Shown in pieces: positions 18,710 through 28,261 of a DNA stretch of 64,000 bases (its first letter is position 1; the number at the start of each line of letters is the position of its first letter). Source of the DNA: Ekhidna sp. (GTDB lineage Bacteria > Bacteroidota > Bacteroidia > Cytophagales > Cyclobacteriaceae). The DNA lies in assembly GCA_965601465.1 (NCBI GenBank), contig OZ271834.1, positions 3,486,928-3,550,927 of the forward strand, given 5' to 3'. Under the pieces are notes generated by a model. It had not been told where the DNA came from, ran no database searches, and was given only the letters and a program-made list of their open reading frames with translations. Position numbers and translations under genes: made by a program.

Positions 18710-19288
18710 TTAAAAATAGTACGGCTTTATTAAGAAATAAACGACTACTCCAGTTATTGAGACATACATCCAAACCGGATACGTATACTTTACCATCTTT
18801 TTGTGCTTACTTATTTGTCCTGTTAATGCATAGTAGAATGCAAAAAGAACAAATGGAACCACCAGGATTGAAAGTAAAATATGACTTGCCAATATAACCA
18901 GGTATACAGTGCGGATAGTTCCTGCTTCAGCCTTTTCAAAACCATCAACCACACCATCATGATTTACATCCCCGAATTTCACCGATGGAACATTGGAATG
19001 ATATAAAATGTAAGACACCAAAAATAGAACCCCCAGGTATAGGGAGGCGAACATGAATGCCCGATGTATAGCTATGTTACCTTTCTTGATTGCAACTAAA
19101 GCAAACAATAAAGTAAGAACGGTAAGTGAATTGATAATTGCATGTACAGCAGGAAGTAATTTCACCCAGCCACCAGCTCCGAACTTTGCTGGAAAGAAAA
19201 TCAAAAAGGCAACAACGATCGGTATCAGTATTGATACCGCATAAATAATACGTAAGTATACTTTATTATCTGACAGTTCCTTTTCCAT
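18710..19288 (-). CDS. DUF420-family membrane protein (CtaM-like cytochrome oxidase accessory protein)
   Basis: Multi-TM protein with DUF420-like segments (LPAVHAIINS...HRAFM...ILASHILLS...KHKKMVKYTYPVWMYVSITGVV). It lies in the oxidase operon. Confidence 0.7.
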   Translation of the reverse strand: MEKELSDNKVYLRIIYAVSILIPIVVAFLIFFPAKFGAGGWVKLLPAVHAIINSLTVLTLLFALVAIKKGNIAIHRAFMFASLYLGVLFLVSYILYHSNVPSVKFGDVNHDGVVDGFEKAEAGTIRTVYLVILASHILLSILVVPFVLFAFYYALTGQISKHKKMVKYTYPVWMYVSITGVVVYFLIKPYYF

Positions 19289-19691
19289 ACGATTGTTGAA
19301 GCGATAGAATATCGAGTTCAGTTAAAAGTTGATCAACACCCTCACGAGACAACTCATAGCTACCCCAAAGGCCTTTTTCATTAACTAAAACTAAATCTGC
19401 GTCAAATTGATTGATACAATCAAAATAAAATTGCGTTTGATACACTAGGTTGGCTTTTCGCTTCTTAGCTGCATAGACCACTCTGTTCATGTAGTTTGTC
19501 TGCACTACAGAGAGAGAATCACTGCTGGAGACAATAGTTATTTCTTGATAGGTTTCACATGCATCCGGAATTTCAGATTGCAACCTCAAGGAGAACCTAT
19601 TATCCCCAAATAATTGAAGAATTAGATACCATGCTACAGGTATCAGAAATACTACAAATATGATTAATCGCTTTAGCCCCTTACCCCTCAA
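19266..19691 (-). CDS. Membrane-anchored hypothetical protein (possibly a degenerate SCO/thioredoxin-like fold, no CxxxC)
   Basis: 141 aa with an N-terminal TM helix. It occupies the slot between cox subunit IV and DUF420 where, from memory, SCO genes usually sit in Bacteroidetes. The C-terminus (LVLVNEKGLWGSYELSREGVDQLLTEL) resembles the end of SCO/Trx folds, but the Cu-binding CxxxC...H motif is absent. Confidence 0.45.
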   Translation of the reverse strand: MRGKGLKRLIIFVVFLIPVAWYLILQLFGDNRFSLRLQSEIPDACETYQEITIVSSSDSLSVVQTNYMNRVVYAAKKRKANLVYQTQFYFDCINQFDADLVLVNEKGLWGSYELSREGVDQLLTELDILSLQQSYGKGTVR

Positions 19692-19702
19692 TTGCTATCG
19701 TA

Positions 19703-20032
19703 TCAATAAAGTGCATTGAGAATTGCGTCTCCTTGATAAATCATGATGAAGATCAAGAAAACAACAAATAGCATCGGCAGAACGATAGACATCTTGAGAG
19801 ATTTCTTCTCATGTCCAAGGTGCATAAACTCTGCGACGATGTAATATGCTTTCAATATAGTAAGCGCAATAAATACGGTAATTCTTGTCCATTTATATTC
19901 TGACGGAACCGTGAAAGCAATGCCAAATTCAATGGCTGTAATTGCTGCAAGGTAGAGCATTACCTTGATGAAGTTTCTCACTTTAGCCTTGTTTACCGGC
20001 TGTACTTCGACTTGTGGAGTTTGCTGTTCCAT
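19703..20032 (-). CDS. Cytochrome c oxidase subunit IV family protein (bacterial aa3 type)
   Basis: 109 aa with three TM helices and the AEFMHLGHEKK motif typical of prokaryotic subunit IV. Confidence 0.75.
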   Translation of the reverse strand: MEQQTPQVEVQPVNKAKVRNFIKVMLYLAAITAIEFGIAFTVPSEYKWTRITVFIALTILKAYYIVAEFMHLGHEKKSLKMSIVLPMLFVVFLIFIMIYQGDAILNALY

Positions 20033-20051
20033 TTAATTGAGACTGATTAGA

Positions 20052-20807
20052 TTAAACAAGGTAAAAGAATGTGAATACAAAGACCCATACTAGATCTACA
20101 AAGTGCCAGTAAAGACCTACTTTTTCTACCATTTCATAGTGGCCTCTTTTTTCGAAGATTCCTACAGTCGCTTGATAGAAAATAATGAAATTGATGACTA
20201 CCCCACTAAATACGTGGAAGCCGTGAAATCCTGTGATAAAAAAGAATAGTGCGGCAAAGTTTGGAGGACCATATTGGTTAGAGGACAATCCAGCTCCTTG
20301 TAAAAAGTTACCAACTGCGTTCATCGACATATCTGATCCGTGGATGAAGTGACCCCACTCCCATGCCTGACAACCTAGGAAAGTTAATCCTCCAAGAATT
20401 GTCCATAGCATCCACTTTTCAACGCCTTTTCGATCCATTCGCTCACCAGCCTCAACTGCCAATACCATAGTCACACTACTAACGATCAAAATGAAAGTCA
20501 TTAAACCTACGAATACCAAAGGAGCACTTTCAATGCCCAATGAATGCATGCCAGGGAATGCTTCAAAAACCTTCTCAGGAATTGGCCAATACTCTTGCGA
20601 GAATTTAAAGTCGGAAACAGAACCTGCATATGCCGGGTGACTGAATCGAATGAGACCATAGGTAATCAATAAAGCAGAGAACGTAAAGGCATCTGACAAG
20701 AGGAAAAACCACATCATCAGCTTACCATAGCTTACTTTCATTGGTGATACACCACCGCCCCAAATGTTTTTCTTGTCTTCGTCTACTATTACAGCCGTGT
20801 TAGCCAT
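20052..20807 (-). CDS. ctaE: Cytochrome c oxidase subunit III
   Basis: Haem-copper oxidase subunit III-like helices (FFFITGFHGFHVFSGV, HFVDLVWVFVFTFFYL). Confidence 0.85.
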   Translation of the reverse strand: MANTAVIVDEDKKNIWGGGVSPMKVSYGKLMMWFFLLSDAFTFSALLITYGLIRFSHPAYAGSVSDFKFSQEYWPIPEKVFEAFPGMHSLGIESAPLVFVGLMTFILIVSSVTMVLAVEAGERMDRKGVEKWMLWTILGGLTFLGCQAWEWGHFIHGSDMSMNAVGNFLQGAGLSSNQYGPPNFAALFFFITGFHGFHVFSGVVINFIIFYQATVGIFEKRGHYEMVEKVGLYWHFVDLVWVFVFTFFYLV

Positions 20808-20826
20808 TCGTGTTAGATTTTGTAGG

Positions 20827-21396
20827 TTAATTATTGAAAATCAAAAATAAGTATAAATACAACCAAAGTCCACCTAGAAAATGCCAGAAAGTGGTACACA
20901 TTTCTATTCTTACTAAACTCTTGGAATGTACCTTATAATTGAATGCTTTTACAAGAACAATCAACAAAAAGATGATGGCTCCTATTAGGTGAATAACGTG
21001 CAGTCCAGTGAAAATGTAGATGAATGAGCTGGCCGGATTTCCAACAAAATAATAGCCATTATCAACTAACTGACCCCAGGCTTGTAACTGACCGATAATA
21101 AATATCACTGCCAGAATTCCTGTTACTGCAAGTCCAATCCGAATATTTTTAATGTTATTGCGCTTTGCAGATATATAAGCAAAATGCATGGTCACACTGC
21201 TCAATATTATTACTGCTGTTGTAATTTGAAACAATGGAGGAAATTCAATGTATATCCAATCTCCAATCGATTTCTTAACGATGTACGCACTTGATAATGA
21301 TATAAATATCATTATCACCGAAACAAGAAATAACCACATCGCAAATTTTTGCGGATGCATTGATCTCACTTTTGTCGCTTGCACTTCTCCTGTCAT
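20827..21396 (-). CDS. Cytochrome c oxidase subunit III-family protein (second, short copy)
   Basis: 189 aa, 5 TM helices, with TGLHVIHLIGAI and WHFLGGLWLYLYL motifs. Confidence 0.75.
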   Translation of the reverse strand: MTGEVQATKVRSMHPQKFAMWLFLVSVIMIFISLSSAYIVKKSIGDWIYIEFPPLFQITTAVIILSSVTMHFAYISAKRNNIKNIRIGLAVTGILAVIFIIGQLQAWGQLVDNGYYFVGNPASSFIYIFTGLHVIHLIGAIIFLLIVLVKAFNYKVHSKSLVRIEMCTTFWHFLGGLWLYLYLFLIFNN

Positions 21397-22283
21397 ATCT
21401 TATCCAATAAAAAGGTTATTTGAACAATCGGTAGGTAAATGAAAGATCCAAACATGATCCTTCTTGCTTTCTGATTTGAAATATCCTTCATTAAACTGAA
21501 GGTTTGAGCTAAAAACAAAACTCCACAAATCGTTGCAACTACCCCACTTGTTAGGCCTGTTAAACCAAAATAGGTAGGTAATAGGCCCAATGGCAATAAG
21601 AACAAGGTGTAAACCATAATGTTTATTGCTGTATTCAAATCTTTTGCTCCTCCTCCTGGCAATAATTTAAAACCTGCCTTCTTGTAATCTTCATCAGAGA
21701 CCCATGCAATAGCCCAGAAATGTGGAAACTGCCAGATAAATTGAATGCCAAAGATGATCATCGCCTCATAAGAAAGAACACCACTTGCTGCTGCCCATCC
21801 AATGAGTGGAGGTAATGCTCCCGGAATTGCGCCAACGAAAACGGCGATTGAACCAACACGCTTCAATGGTGTATAAACGAAAGCATAAAGTATCAATGAA
21901 AGCAGTGACAATGAAGTTGCCAACATGTTAGTCGCTAGATACATTAATACGAGACCAAGTATTCCAGTTAAGATGCTAAACCAAATGGCTTCAGATTCTG
22001 TAATGCGATTGGAAGGCAAAGGACGGTTACGAGTCCTTTTCATAATAGCATCATACTTCTGCTCTATGATTTGGTTTATGGTTACTGAAGAACCGGAGAC
22101 TAAAAATCCAGCTAATAAGAATACCATTAAACTTCCCCAATTCAACAACGATTGATTAGCCAGGGCATATCCAAATCCTGAGGAGAACACCACTAAGAAG
22201 GAAAGTCTTGGTTTTAGAAGCTCATAATATGCTTTAACTTTCTCTGAAGCTGTGATATCGATATGTGCAATAGATGAGCTCAC
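21393..22283 (-). CDS. cyoE: Protohaem IX farnesyltransferase (haem O synthase)
   Basis: UbiA-family motifs (NQIIEQKYDAIMKRTRNRPLP, WQFPHFWAIAW). It shares 4-nt ATGA overlaps with both neighbouring genes. Confidence 0.9.
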   Translation of the reverse strand: MSSSIAHIDITASEKVKAYYELLKPRLSFLVVFSSGFGYALANQSLLNWGSLMVFLLAGFLVSGSSVTINQIIEQKYDAIMKRTRNRPLPSNRITESEAIWFSILTGILGLVLMYLATNMLATSLSLLSLILYAFVYTPLKRVGSIAVFVGAIPGALPPLIGWAAASGVLSYEAMIIFGIQFIWQFPHFWAIAWVSDEDYKKAGFKLLPGGGAKDLNTAINIMVYTLFLLPLGLLPTYFGLTGLTSGVVATICGVLFLAQTFSLMKDISNQKARRIMFGSFIYLPIVQITFLLDKI

Positions 22284-23299
22284 TTCTGTAATTTGAGTCG
22301 CAAAGTTAAATAAAACAGAAGGCTAAAGATGCCTACACCTAAAATTAAATGCAGGGGTTGTAACCAAAACGGAAATGAAAACCTAACCATTCCAATCCCA
22401 GCCAACATTGCTATAACTACTAAAATCAAGATCTGTTTGGATGATTTTATTAACCATAATTCTTGTGTTTTTCTACTTAAATAGAAAATCGACACACTTC
22501 CAATGAGAATCAACCAGGAATACGATCGATGGATGAAAAAAGTGGTGGTTAGGCTATTTGCCCATTCACTTCTACCAATCGTTGAAATCAAAAGATCATC
22601 AATCGTCCCTCTTACTTCCGTACCTAATATGATTTGTGGAATAAAAAGTAATGTCGTAACTAGTGAAATCCAAAATAACCTGGTGTTTGATAAAACACTT
22701 AGTTCCTTAACTCTAACGTTCATCCAAATCAATAAAGCGACAATCAATAGTGCTAACAACATATGAAAGGTGATGAATCCATGCAGAAGATTCGTAGACA
22801 CTACCAGTGATCCAACCCAGCCCTGAAAACCAGTAAGAACGAAAATTGATACTCCCATAATCGGTATCCAAATGGATTTCCTTCTGAAAGCGAAAGCGAA
22901 TATCATGTTTAGAAATACAAACAAGCCAATCAAAACACCTACCAAACGATTGATGTACTCTATCCAGGCTTTTGTTGCATCAAATTCTTGTTCTGATAGA
23001 ACTGCAGGATCATCCGTCATTTTCCTACTTAACTCCGAATACCCTAGATTATCAAATAGATGTGCCAGTCGTTCATTTTTGGCAATTCGTTGCTCTCTAA
23101 AAATATCCTGGTAGTTGTCAGGAAGACCTTCGGATGATGTGGGAGGAATATACTCTCCAAAACATTTGGGCCAATCAGGGCAGCCCATGCCAGCTCCCAT
23201 TACGCGTACAATACTCCCCACCAGGATCAGTATGAGTACTGATCCCAGTGTTATGGTATTGATTCTTAAAAAATTCTTTTGATTAATTAGCTTTCTCAA
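22280..23299 (-). CDS. ctaA: Haem A synthase (COX15/CtaA family)
   Basis: GAGMGCPDWPKCFG motif, multiple TM helices and conserved His residues (HGFITFHM, FIHRS). Confidence 0.85.
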   Translation of the reverse strand: MRKLINQKNFLRINTITLGSVLILILVGSIVRVMGAGMGCPDWPKCFGEYIPPTSSEGLPDNYQDIFREQRIAKNERLAHLFDNLGYSELSRKMTDDPAVLSEQEFDATKAWIEYINRLVGVLIGLFVFLNMIFAFAFRRKSIWIPIMGVSIFVLTGFQGWVGSLVVSTNLLHGFITFHMLLALLIVALLIWMNVRVKELSVLSNTRLFWISLVTTLLFIPQIILGTEVRGTIDDLLISTIGRSEWANSLTTTFFIHRSYSWLILIGSVSIFYLSRKTQELWLIKSSKQILILVVIAMLAGIGMVRFSFPFWLQPLHLILGVGIFSLLFYLTLRLKLQK

Positions 23300-25145
23300 C
23301 TCCTGCTAGATCTTCTTCCTTCGTTAGCTCGTTTTCATGCTCAAGGTTAGATTCAGGAGTGTGAGAGTAAGGTACAGTTTGAGGGATGAAATCATCCTTT
23401 GCACCCGGTTTGCTATAGTCATATGGCCATCTGAATACTTTCGGGATAGCTCCAACCCAGTTTCCGTGACCAGGGAATCTTGGCGTTGTCCATTCAAGCG
23501 TGGTGGATTTCCAAGGATTCGCAGGTGCCAACTTACCTCTAAAGATGCTGTAGAAGAAGTTGAATAGGAATATAAACTGAGCTGCAAAAGTTAGTATAGC
23601 AGCAACACTTACTAACGCATTCAAATCACCATAGATATTGAATGTTTCAAATGAGGTGAACGAATAATATCTTCTTGGGAATCCGGCAATACCAATGTAG
23701 TGCAGTGGGAAGAATACCAAGTATATACCCACAAATGATAGCCAGAAGTGTAGCTTACCAAGTTTATCATCCATCATACGACCGAACATTTTAGGGAACC
23801 AGTGGTAAACCCCAGCCAGAAGTCCAAAGAATGATGCACTACCCATTACGAGGTGGAAGTGAGCAACTACAAAATATGTATCATGTAGGTTGATATCTAA
23901 AACAGAGTTTCCAAGGAAAATACCTGTAAGACCACCTGAAATAAAGAATGATACTAAACCGATGGAGAACAACATCGCCGGCGTAAACACTATATTACCT
24001 TTCCACAAGGTCGTAATGTAGTTAAATGCTTTGATCGCTGAAGGAACTGCAATTACTAACGTAAGGATTGTAAATACTGATCCTAAGAATGGGTTCATAC
24101 CAGTTACAAACATGTGGTGTGCCCACACAATGAATGACAAGAAACCAATTCCCAACATAGAACCAATCATCGCTTTGTATCCGAAAATTGGCTTACGAGA
24201 GTTTGTTGCAATGATCTCAGAGGTGATTCCAAGCGCTGGAAGGATTACGATGTATACTTCCGGGTGACCAAGGAACCAGAACAAGTGTTGATATAAAATT
24301 GGACTTCCACCGACGTTCGGTAAGGCCTCACCTGCAATGTAAATCTCTGAAAGGTAGAAGCTTGTTCCAAATGATCGATCAAAGATCAAAAGTAAAGCCG
24401 CTGATAACAATACTGGGAACGACAACAAACCAAGTATGGCTGTGATGAAGAATGCCCAAATGGTAAGCGGTAGCCTTGCAAATGACATTCCTTGCGTTCT
24501 CATGTTAATCACTGTTGTGATGTAATTAATTCCTCCTAGTAGTGAAGACGCAATGAACAGGGCCATTGATACTAGCCATAAGGTCATTCCTGTACCTGAT
24601 CCCTGAATCGCTTGAGGAAGCGCACTCAAAGGTGGATATACGGTCCATCCTCCACCAGCTGGTCCTGTTTCTATAAAGAAAGAAACGAACATTACAACAC
24701 TGGAAGCAAAGAAGAACCAATATGACAACATATTCATGAAGCCTGAGGCCATATCTCGGGCTCCAATTTGTAGTGGAATTAGGAAATTCGAGAAAGTACC
24801 GCTCAATCCAGCAGTCAACACAAAGAATACCATAATGGTACCATGCATTGTCACCAATGCCAAATAGAATTCGGCGTCTAGCTTACCGTCTGTTGTGATC
24901 CATTGACCAAGCATTGGACGCAACCACTCAAGATCCATTTCTGGAAAACCTAATTGAAGTCTGAAAATGATAGAAAGACCACCTCCTATCAAAGCCCAGA
25001 AGATTCCTGTAATCAAGAATTGCTTCGCGATTGTCTTATGATCCGTCGAAAAAATATACTTGCTTACAAACCCCTGCTCATGGTGATCATCGTGGTGATC
25101 GTCATGGGCTAAATCTTCCTGAAGTTGTATATCTGTTACTGACAT
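23283..25145 (-). CDS. ctaD: Cytochrome c oxidase subunit I
   Basis: Canonical subunit I motifs: HGTIMVFF, GGGWTVYPPL, LFWFLGHPEVYI, WAHHMF, VAHFHLVM. Confidence 0.95.
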   Translation of the reverse strand: MSVTDIQLQEDLAHDDHHDDHHEQGFVSKYIFSTDHKTIAKQFLITGIFWALIGGGLSIIFRLQLGFPEMDLEWLRPMLGQWITTDGKLDAEFYLALVTMHGTIMVFFVLTAGLSGTFSNFLIPLQIGARDMASGFMNMLSYWFFFASSVVMFVSFFIETGPAGGGWTVYPPLSALPQAIQGSGTGMTLWLVSMALFIASSLLGGINYITTVINMRTQGMSFARLPLTIWAFFITAILGLLSFPVLLSAALLLIFDRSFGTSFYLSEIYIAGEALPNVGGSPILYQHLFWFLGHPEVYIVILPALGITSEIIATNSRKPIFGYKAMIGSMLGIGFLSFIVWAHHMFVTGMNPFLGSVFTILTLVIAVPSAIKAFNYITTLWKGNIVFTPAMLFSIGLVSFFISGGLTGIFLGNSVLDINLHDTYFVVAHFHLVMGSASFFGLLAGVYHWFPKMFGRMMDDKLGKLHFWLSFVGIYLVFFPLHYIGIAGFPRRYYSFTSFETFNIYGDLNALVSVAAILTFAAQFIFLFNFFYSIFRGKLAPANPWKSTTLEWTTPRFPGHGNWVGAIPKVFRWPYDYSKPGAKDDFIPQTVPYSHTPESNLEHENELTKEEDLAGVEKAN

Positions 25146-25154
25146 ATAATTTTT

Positions 25155-26243
25155 TTATTTAGAACTGCTTGCAGCAGTTGTAACTTTTTGTTCTTTCTCA
25201 ATGTTTTCAATTCCGGCAGCAATTTTTGCAGCTTCTTTCAAATCTTCCGGAACCTCACTTAAATAATCAGGATTTAGCTTAAGAAAAGAGTTCTCCTGAT
25301 TTTCCTTATACCATGAATCATACTCATCTTGTTCTAAAACGACAATGATTCCCTTCATACCATAGTGGCTCTTCCCACAGATTTTATTACAAACTAATTC
25401 ATAGTTGAAATCAGGGTTACCGGTTTGTTCACGCATCTCAGCCGTACTAACGGTTGGCGTAAACCAAAAACGTGTAGGCATACCTGGAACCGCGTTCATT
25501 TGAATTCTGAAATGAGGATTATAAACACTATGGATTACATCTCTTCCTCTGATTTTTAGATGAACAGGTTTTCCTTTAGGGATAACCAATTGGTTTGGCA
25601 TGAAATCATCGTGACCATTTTGATCCCCTAAATCAATACCCATGGAATTGATTGCATCAATCTTTCTAAAATCTGTTTTTCCTAGCTCACCATCTTTTCC
25701 TGGGTATCTAAATGCCCATGCATACTGATATCCCATTACTTCAATTACCTCCGACTCTTCTGGTGCTGGACCTGTTACTACATTCCATTGTTTTAAACCA
25801 GAAATAATCAACCAAGCCAAAACAACCGCAGGAACGATCGTCCAGATCATCTCTAACTTGTTATTATGAGGGTAGTAATGTGCTTTATTTCCTTCTTTAT
25901 ATCGGTATTTCCAACCAAAGCCGAACAGGAAAATTTGAGTAACAATGAATACAAATACTGTTACCGCCATAGTAATCCAGAAGAGATTTTCTGTGACTAC
26001 TGCATGTTCTGATGCAATAGGCAAATTATAAGTATCATATTCAGTCATTGAAAAGTAGAAGAATCCCGCTATTCCCGAAATCAGGAACAATATCATCAAG
26101 ACGCCCTGGAAGCTATTTCCAGAAGGCACATGACTCTTCTTCTTATCTTTCTTTACAACATCAACTAATGTGGTTACCCGGTAAGCTGCGAAAATTACAG
26201 CTAGAATTAATACAACCGCTATTACAATAATTAAATTGAGCAT
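25155..26243 (-). CDS. ctaC: Cytochrome c oxidase subunit II (CuA domain, no fused cytochrome c)
   Basis: N-terminal TM helices. Cupredoxin domain with DVIHSVYNPHF and CNKICGKSHYGM (the CuA Cys/His/Met ligand set). Confidence 0.9.
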   Translation of the reverse strand: MLNLIIVIAVVLILAVIFAAYRVTTLVDVVKKDKKKSHVPSGNSFQGVLMILFLISGIAGFFYFSMTEYDTYNLPIASEHAVVTENLFWITMAVTVFVFIVTQIFLFGFGWKYRYKEGNKAHYYPHNNKLEMIWTIVPAVVLAWLIISGLKQWNVVTGPAPEESEVIEVMGYQYAWAFRYPGKDGELGKTDFRKIDAINSMGIDLGDQNGHDDFMPNQLVIPKGKPVHLKIRGRDVIHSVYNPHFRIQMNAVPGMPTRFWFTPTVSTAEMREQTGNPDFNYELVCNKICGKSHYGMKGIIVVLEQDEYDSWYKENQENSFLKLNPDYLSEVPEDLKEAAKIAAGIENIEKEQKVTTAASSSK

Positions 26244-26260
26244 AATCTATCCTTCACTTA

Positions 26261-27619
26261 TTAAATATGATGATGCAAACTTTCTTCCAACATAGGGTGA
26301 TTCTTTGCGAACAAAGGTGCTTTTGCTAGTGCATTGAATGTCACATACAAGAAAGCACTTATGTATACGAGAATCAACCCGATTTCTAAGAATCCAAATC
26401 CTCCGTTTTCTCCAACTGTACCTGGTGAAACCATTAGATAGAAATCTAACCAGTGACCAAATACAACTGCTGGACAAACTACCTTCAAGATTCTTGAATG
26501 TCTCTTCGCATCTCTTGTCATTAAAACTAAAAATGGGAAGAAGAAGTTTAGAATTAAATTGATATAAAATACTGGCGCGTAGTGGTCATCTTTCCAGCGC
26601 TCTAAGAAGTACACTGTTTCCTCCGGAATGTGTGCATAATAGATCAAAAGGAATTGAGAAAACCATACGTAAGTCCAGAAAATCGTAAACGCGAAAACAA
26701 ACTTTCCAAGGTCATGGATATGATTCGAATTTACGATTGAGAGATAGCCTTTGTCTTTCAGCATCACTACAATAAATAGTGTAAGCGCAAGACCTGCTAC
26801 CCACCAACTTGCAAATGCATACCATCCGAACATCGTACTGAACCAATGCACGTCTATAGACATGATCCAGTCCCATGCAGACATAGATGATGATACCGCA
26901 AAGAACACTAAGAAAATCGCTGAAGTAGAACGCATTTTGTACCAGCTCTTTGTACCTCCTTCAATGTCTTCAGCAAAAGCTAAGGATCTCAACTTTCTGA
27001 AAAGTAGATACCATACACCAAAGAAGATAACCAATCTAGCTACCCAGAAAAGTGGAAATTCTCCACCCTGAAGAGGCCAGAAGAAATAAGGTGCTTTACC
27101 TTGAACTATCTTGTCCCCACCTTCTGCGGCATATAAATCAGCGTGTGTCCAGTGGAATATATCATGTGATCCAACTAGGAACACAACCAACATTAAAACA
27201 AATGCAATAGGAAGCCAGCTACCAAATGCGAATGGAATTCGCTTGATTCCTGCTGTCCAGCCTGCTTGAGCTGCATATTGAATAGCAAAAAAGAAGACAC
27301 CAATAATTGCTAATCCTGCAAAGAAGACATTATTAATCCAAAGATTGGATAATAACCTTTTGACTGATGGGCTGCTTCCATGATGGGCTCCTTCACCGTG
27401 ACCTTCGTCTGCACTTCCATGATCCTCAGCGGCATAAGGTTCCTGACCATGATCTGAAACTACCTCTGAATGGTCTCCTTCTCCATGTCCACCACCATGA
27501 TCTCCGCCGGAACCAAGTGTAAAATAGCCTAGTACAGACAACACCAAACCTACCACTAGTGTGATCATTAGGCGCTTCTTAGCAGTACCAGTAAATTCGT
27601 ATCTTTCTTCTGTTACCAT
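26261..27619 (-). CDS. actF: Alternative complex III subunit ActF (NrfD-like membrane subunit)
   Basis: Polytopic membrane protein that follows ActE in the canonical act order. It carries a His/Gly/Asp-rich insert near the N-terminus. Confidence 0.8.
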   Translation of the reverse strand: MVTEERYEFTGTAKKRLMITLVVGLVLSVLGYFTLGSGGDHGGGHGEGDHSEVVSDHGQEPYAAEDHGSADEGHGEGAHHGSSPSVKRLLSNLWINNVFFAGLAIIGVFFFAIQYAAQAGWTAGIKRIPFAFGSWLPIAFVLMLVVFLVGSHDIFHWTHADLYAAEGGDKIVQGKAPYFFWPLQGGEFPLFWVARLVIFFGVWYLLFRKLRSLAFAEDIEGGTKSWYKMRSTSAIFLVFFAVSSSMSAWDWIMSIDVHWFSTMFGWYAFASWWVAGLALTLFIVVMLKDKGYLSIVNSNHIHDLGKFVFAFTIFWTYVWFSQFLLIYYAHIPEETVYFLERWKDDHYAPVFYINLILNFFFPFLVLMTRDAKRHSRILKVVCPAVVFGHWLDFYLMVSPGTVGENGGFGFLEIGLILVYISAFLYVTFNALAKAPLFAKNHPMLEESLHHHI

Positions 27620-27628
27620 GAGTAGACT

Positions 27629-28261
27629 TTAGTTCTTCTTTTGCAATTCTTTAACATACCGGGCAATTCTCCATCGATCCTCAGGACTTACCTGAGACCC
27701 GTGAGCTCCCATCAAACCTTTTCCATATGTGATCACATGAAATATGTGACCTTCTGTGATTTCAAGGTATGCAGCACCATTTAAGTTTGCGACACCTGCG
27801 TAAGCTTCAGCTACCAAACCGTCACCGTTTCCTTTTTCACCGTGGCAGTGCTTGCAATAGCTATCATAAGCTGCTTTTCCTTTTTTCACAACACTTTCAT
27901 CATCCGCTGGATATGGGCTTTCAAGTGTTGCAGCTGCTACTTCAAGATCATCAACTCCAAGTCGAACTGGAAGGAGCTGACCTCTTCGAACCGTGTTGGC
28001 CACAGGTTCTCGCATATTCATTTTGAATTGGTTGTATGGGTTAGAGTTATAAAACTCACCATGTCCATCTTCATCATTTGAATCTAGCCAATTTCCCGAA
28101 TTCTCGTCCTGAATTTGCGTAAGCGGCTCATATGGTGTTGAATGATACATCTGTGGAGCGTACTCCAAACCAGTGTCATCAACACCAGCAGCACATGAAG
28201 CGATTACAGCTCCAAGTGTGATAATACCTAAATATCTTAATGCCTTAAGCTTCATTATCAT
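27629..28261 (-). CDS. actE: Alternative complex III monohaem cytochrome c subunit ActE (lipoprotein)
   Basis: Lipobox-like LGAVIASC and a single CKHCH haem motif with a downstream Met region (GKGLMGAH). Confidence 0.8.
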   Translation of the reverse strand: MIMKLKALRYLGIITLGAVIASCAAGVDDTGLEYAPQMYHSTPYEPLTQIQDENSGNWLDSNDEDGHGEFYNSNPYNQFKMNMREPVANTVRRGQLLPVRLGVDDLEVAAATLESPYPADDESVVKKGKAAYDSYCKHCHGEKGNGDGLVAEAYAGVANLNGAAYLEITEGHIFHVITYGKGLMGAHGSQVSPEDRWRIARYVKELQKKN

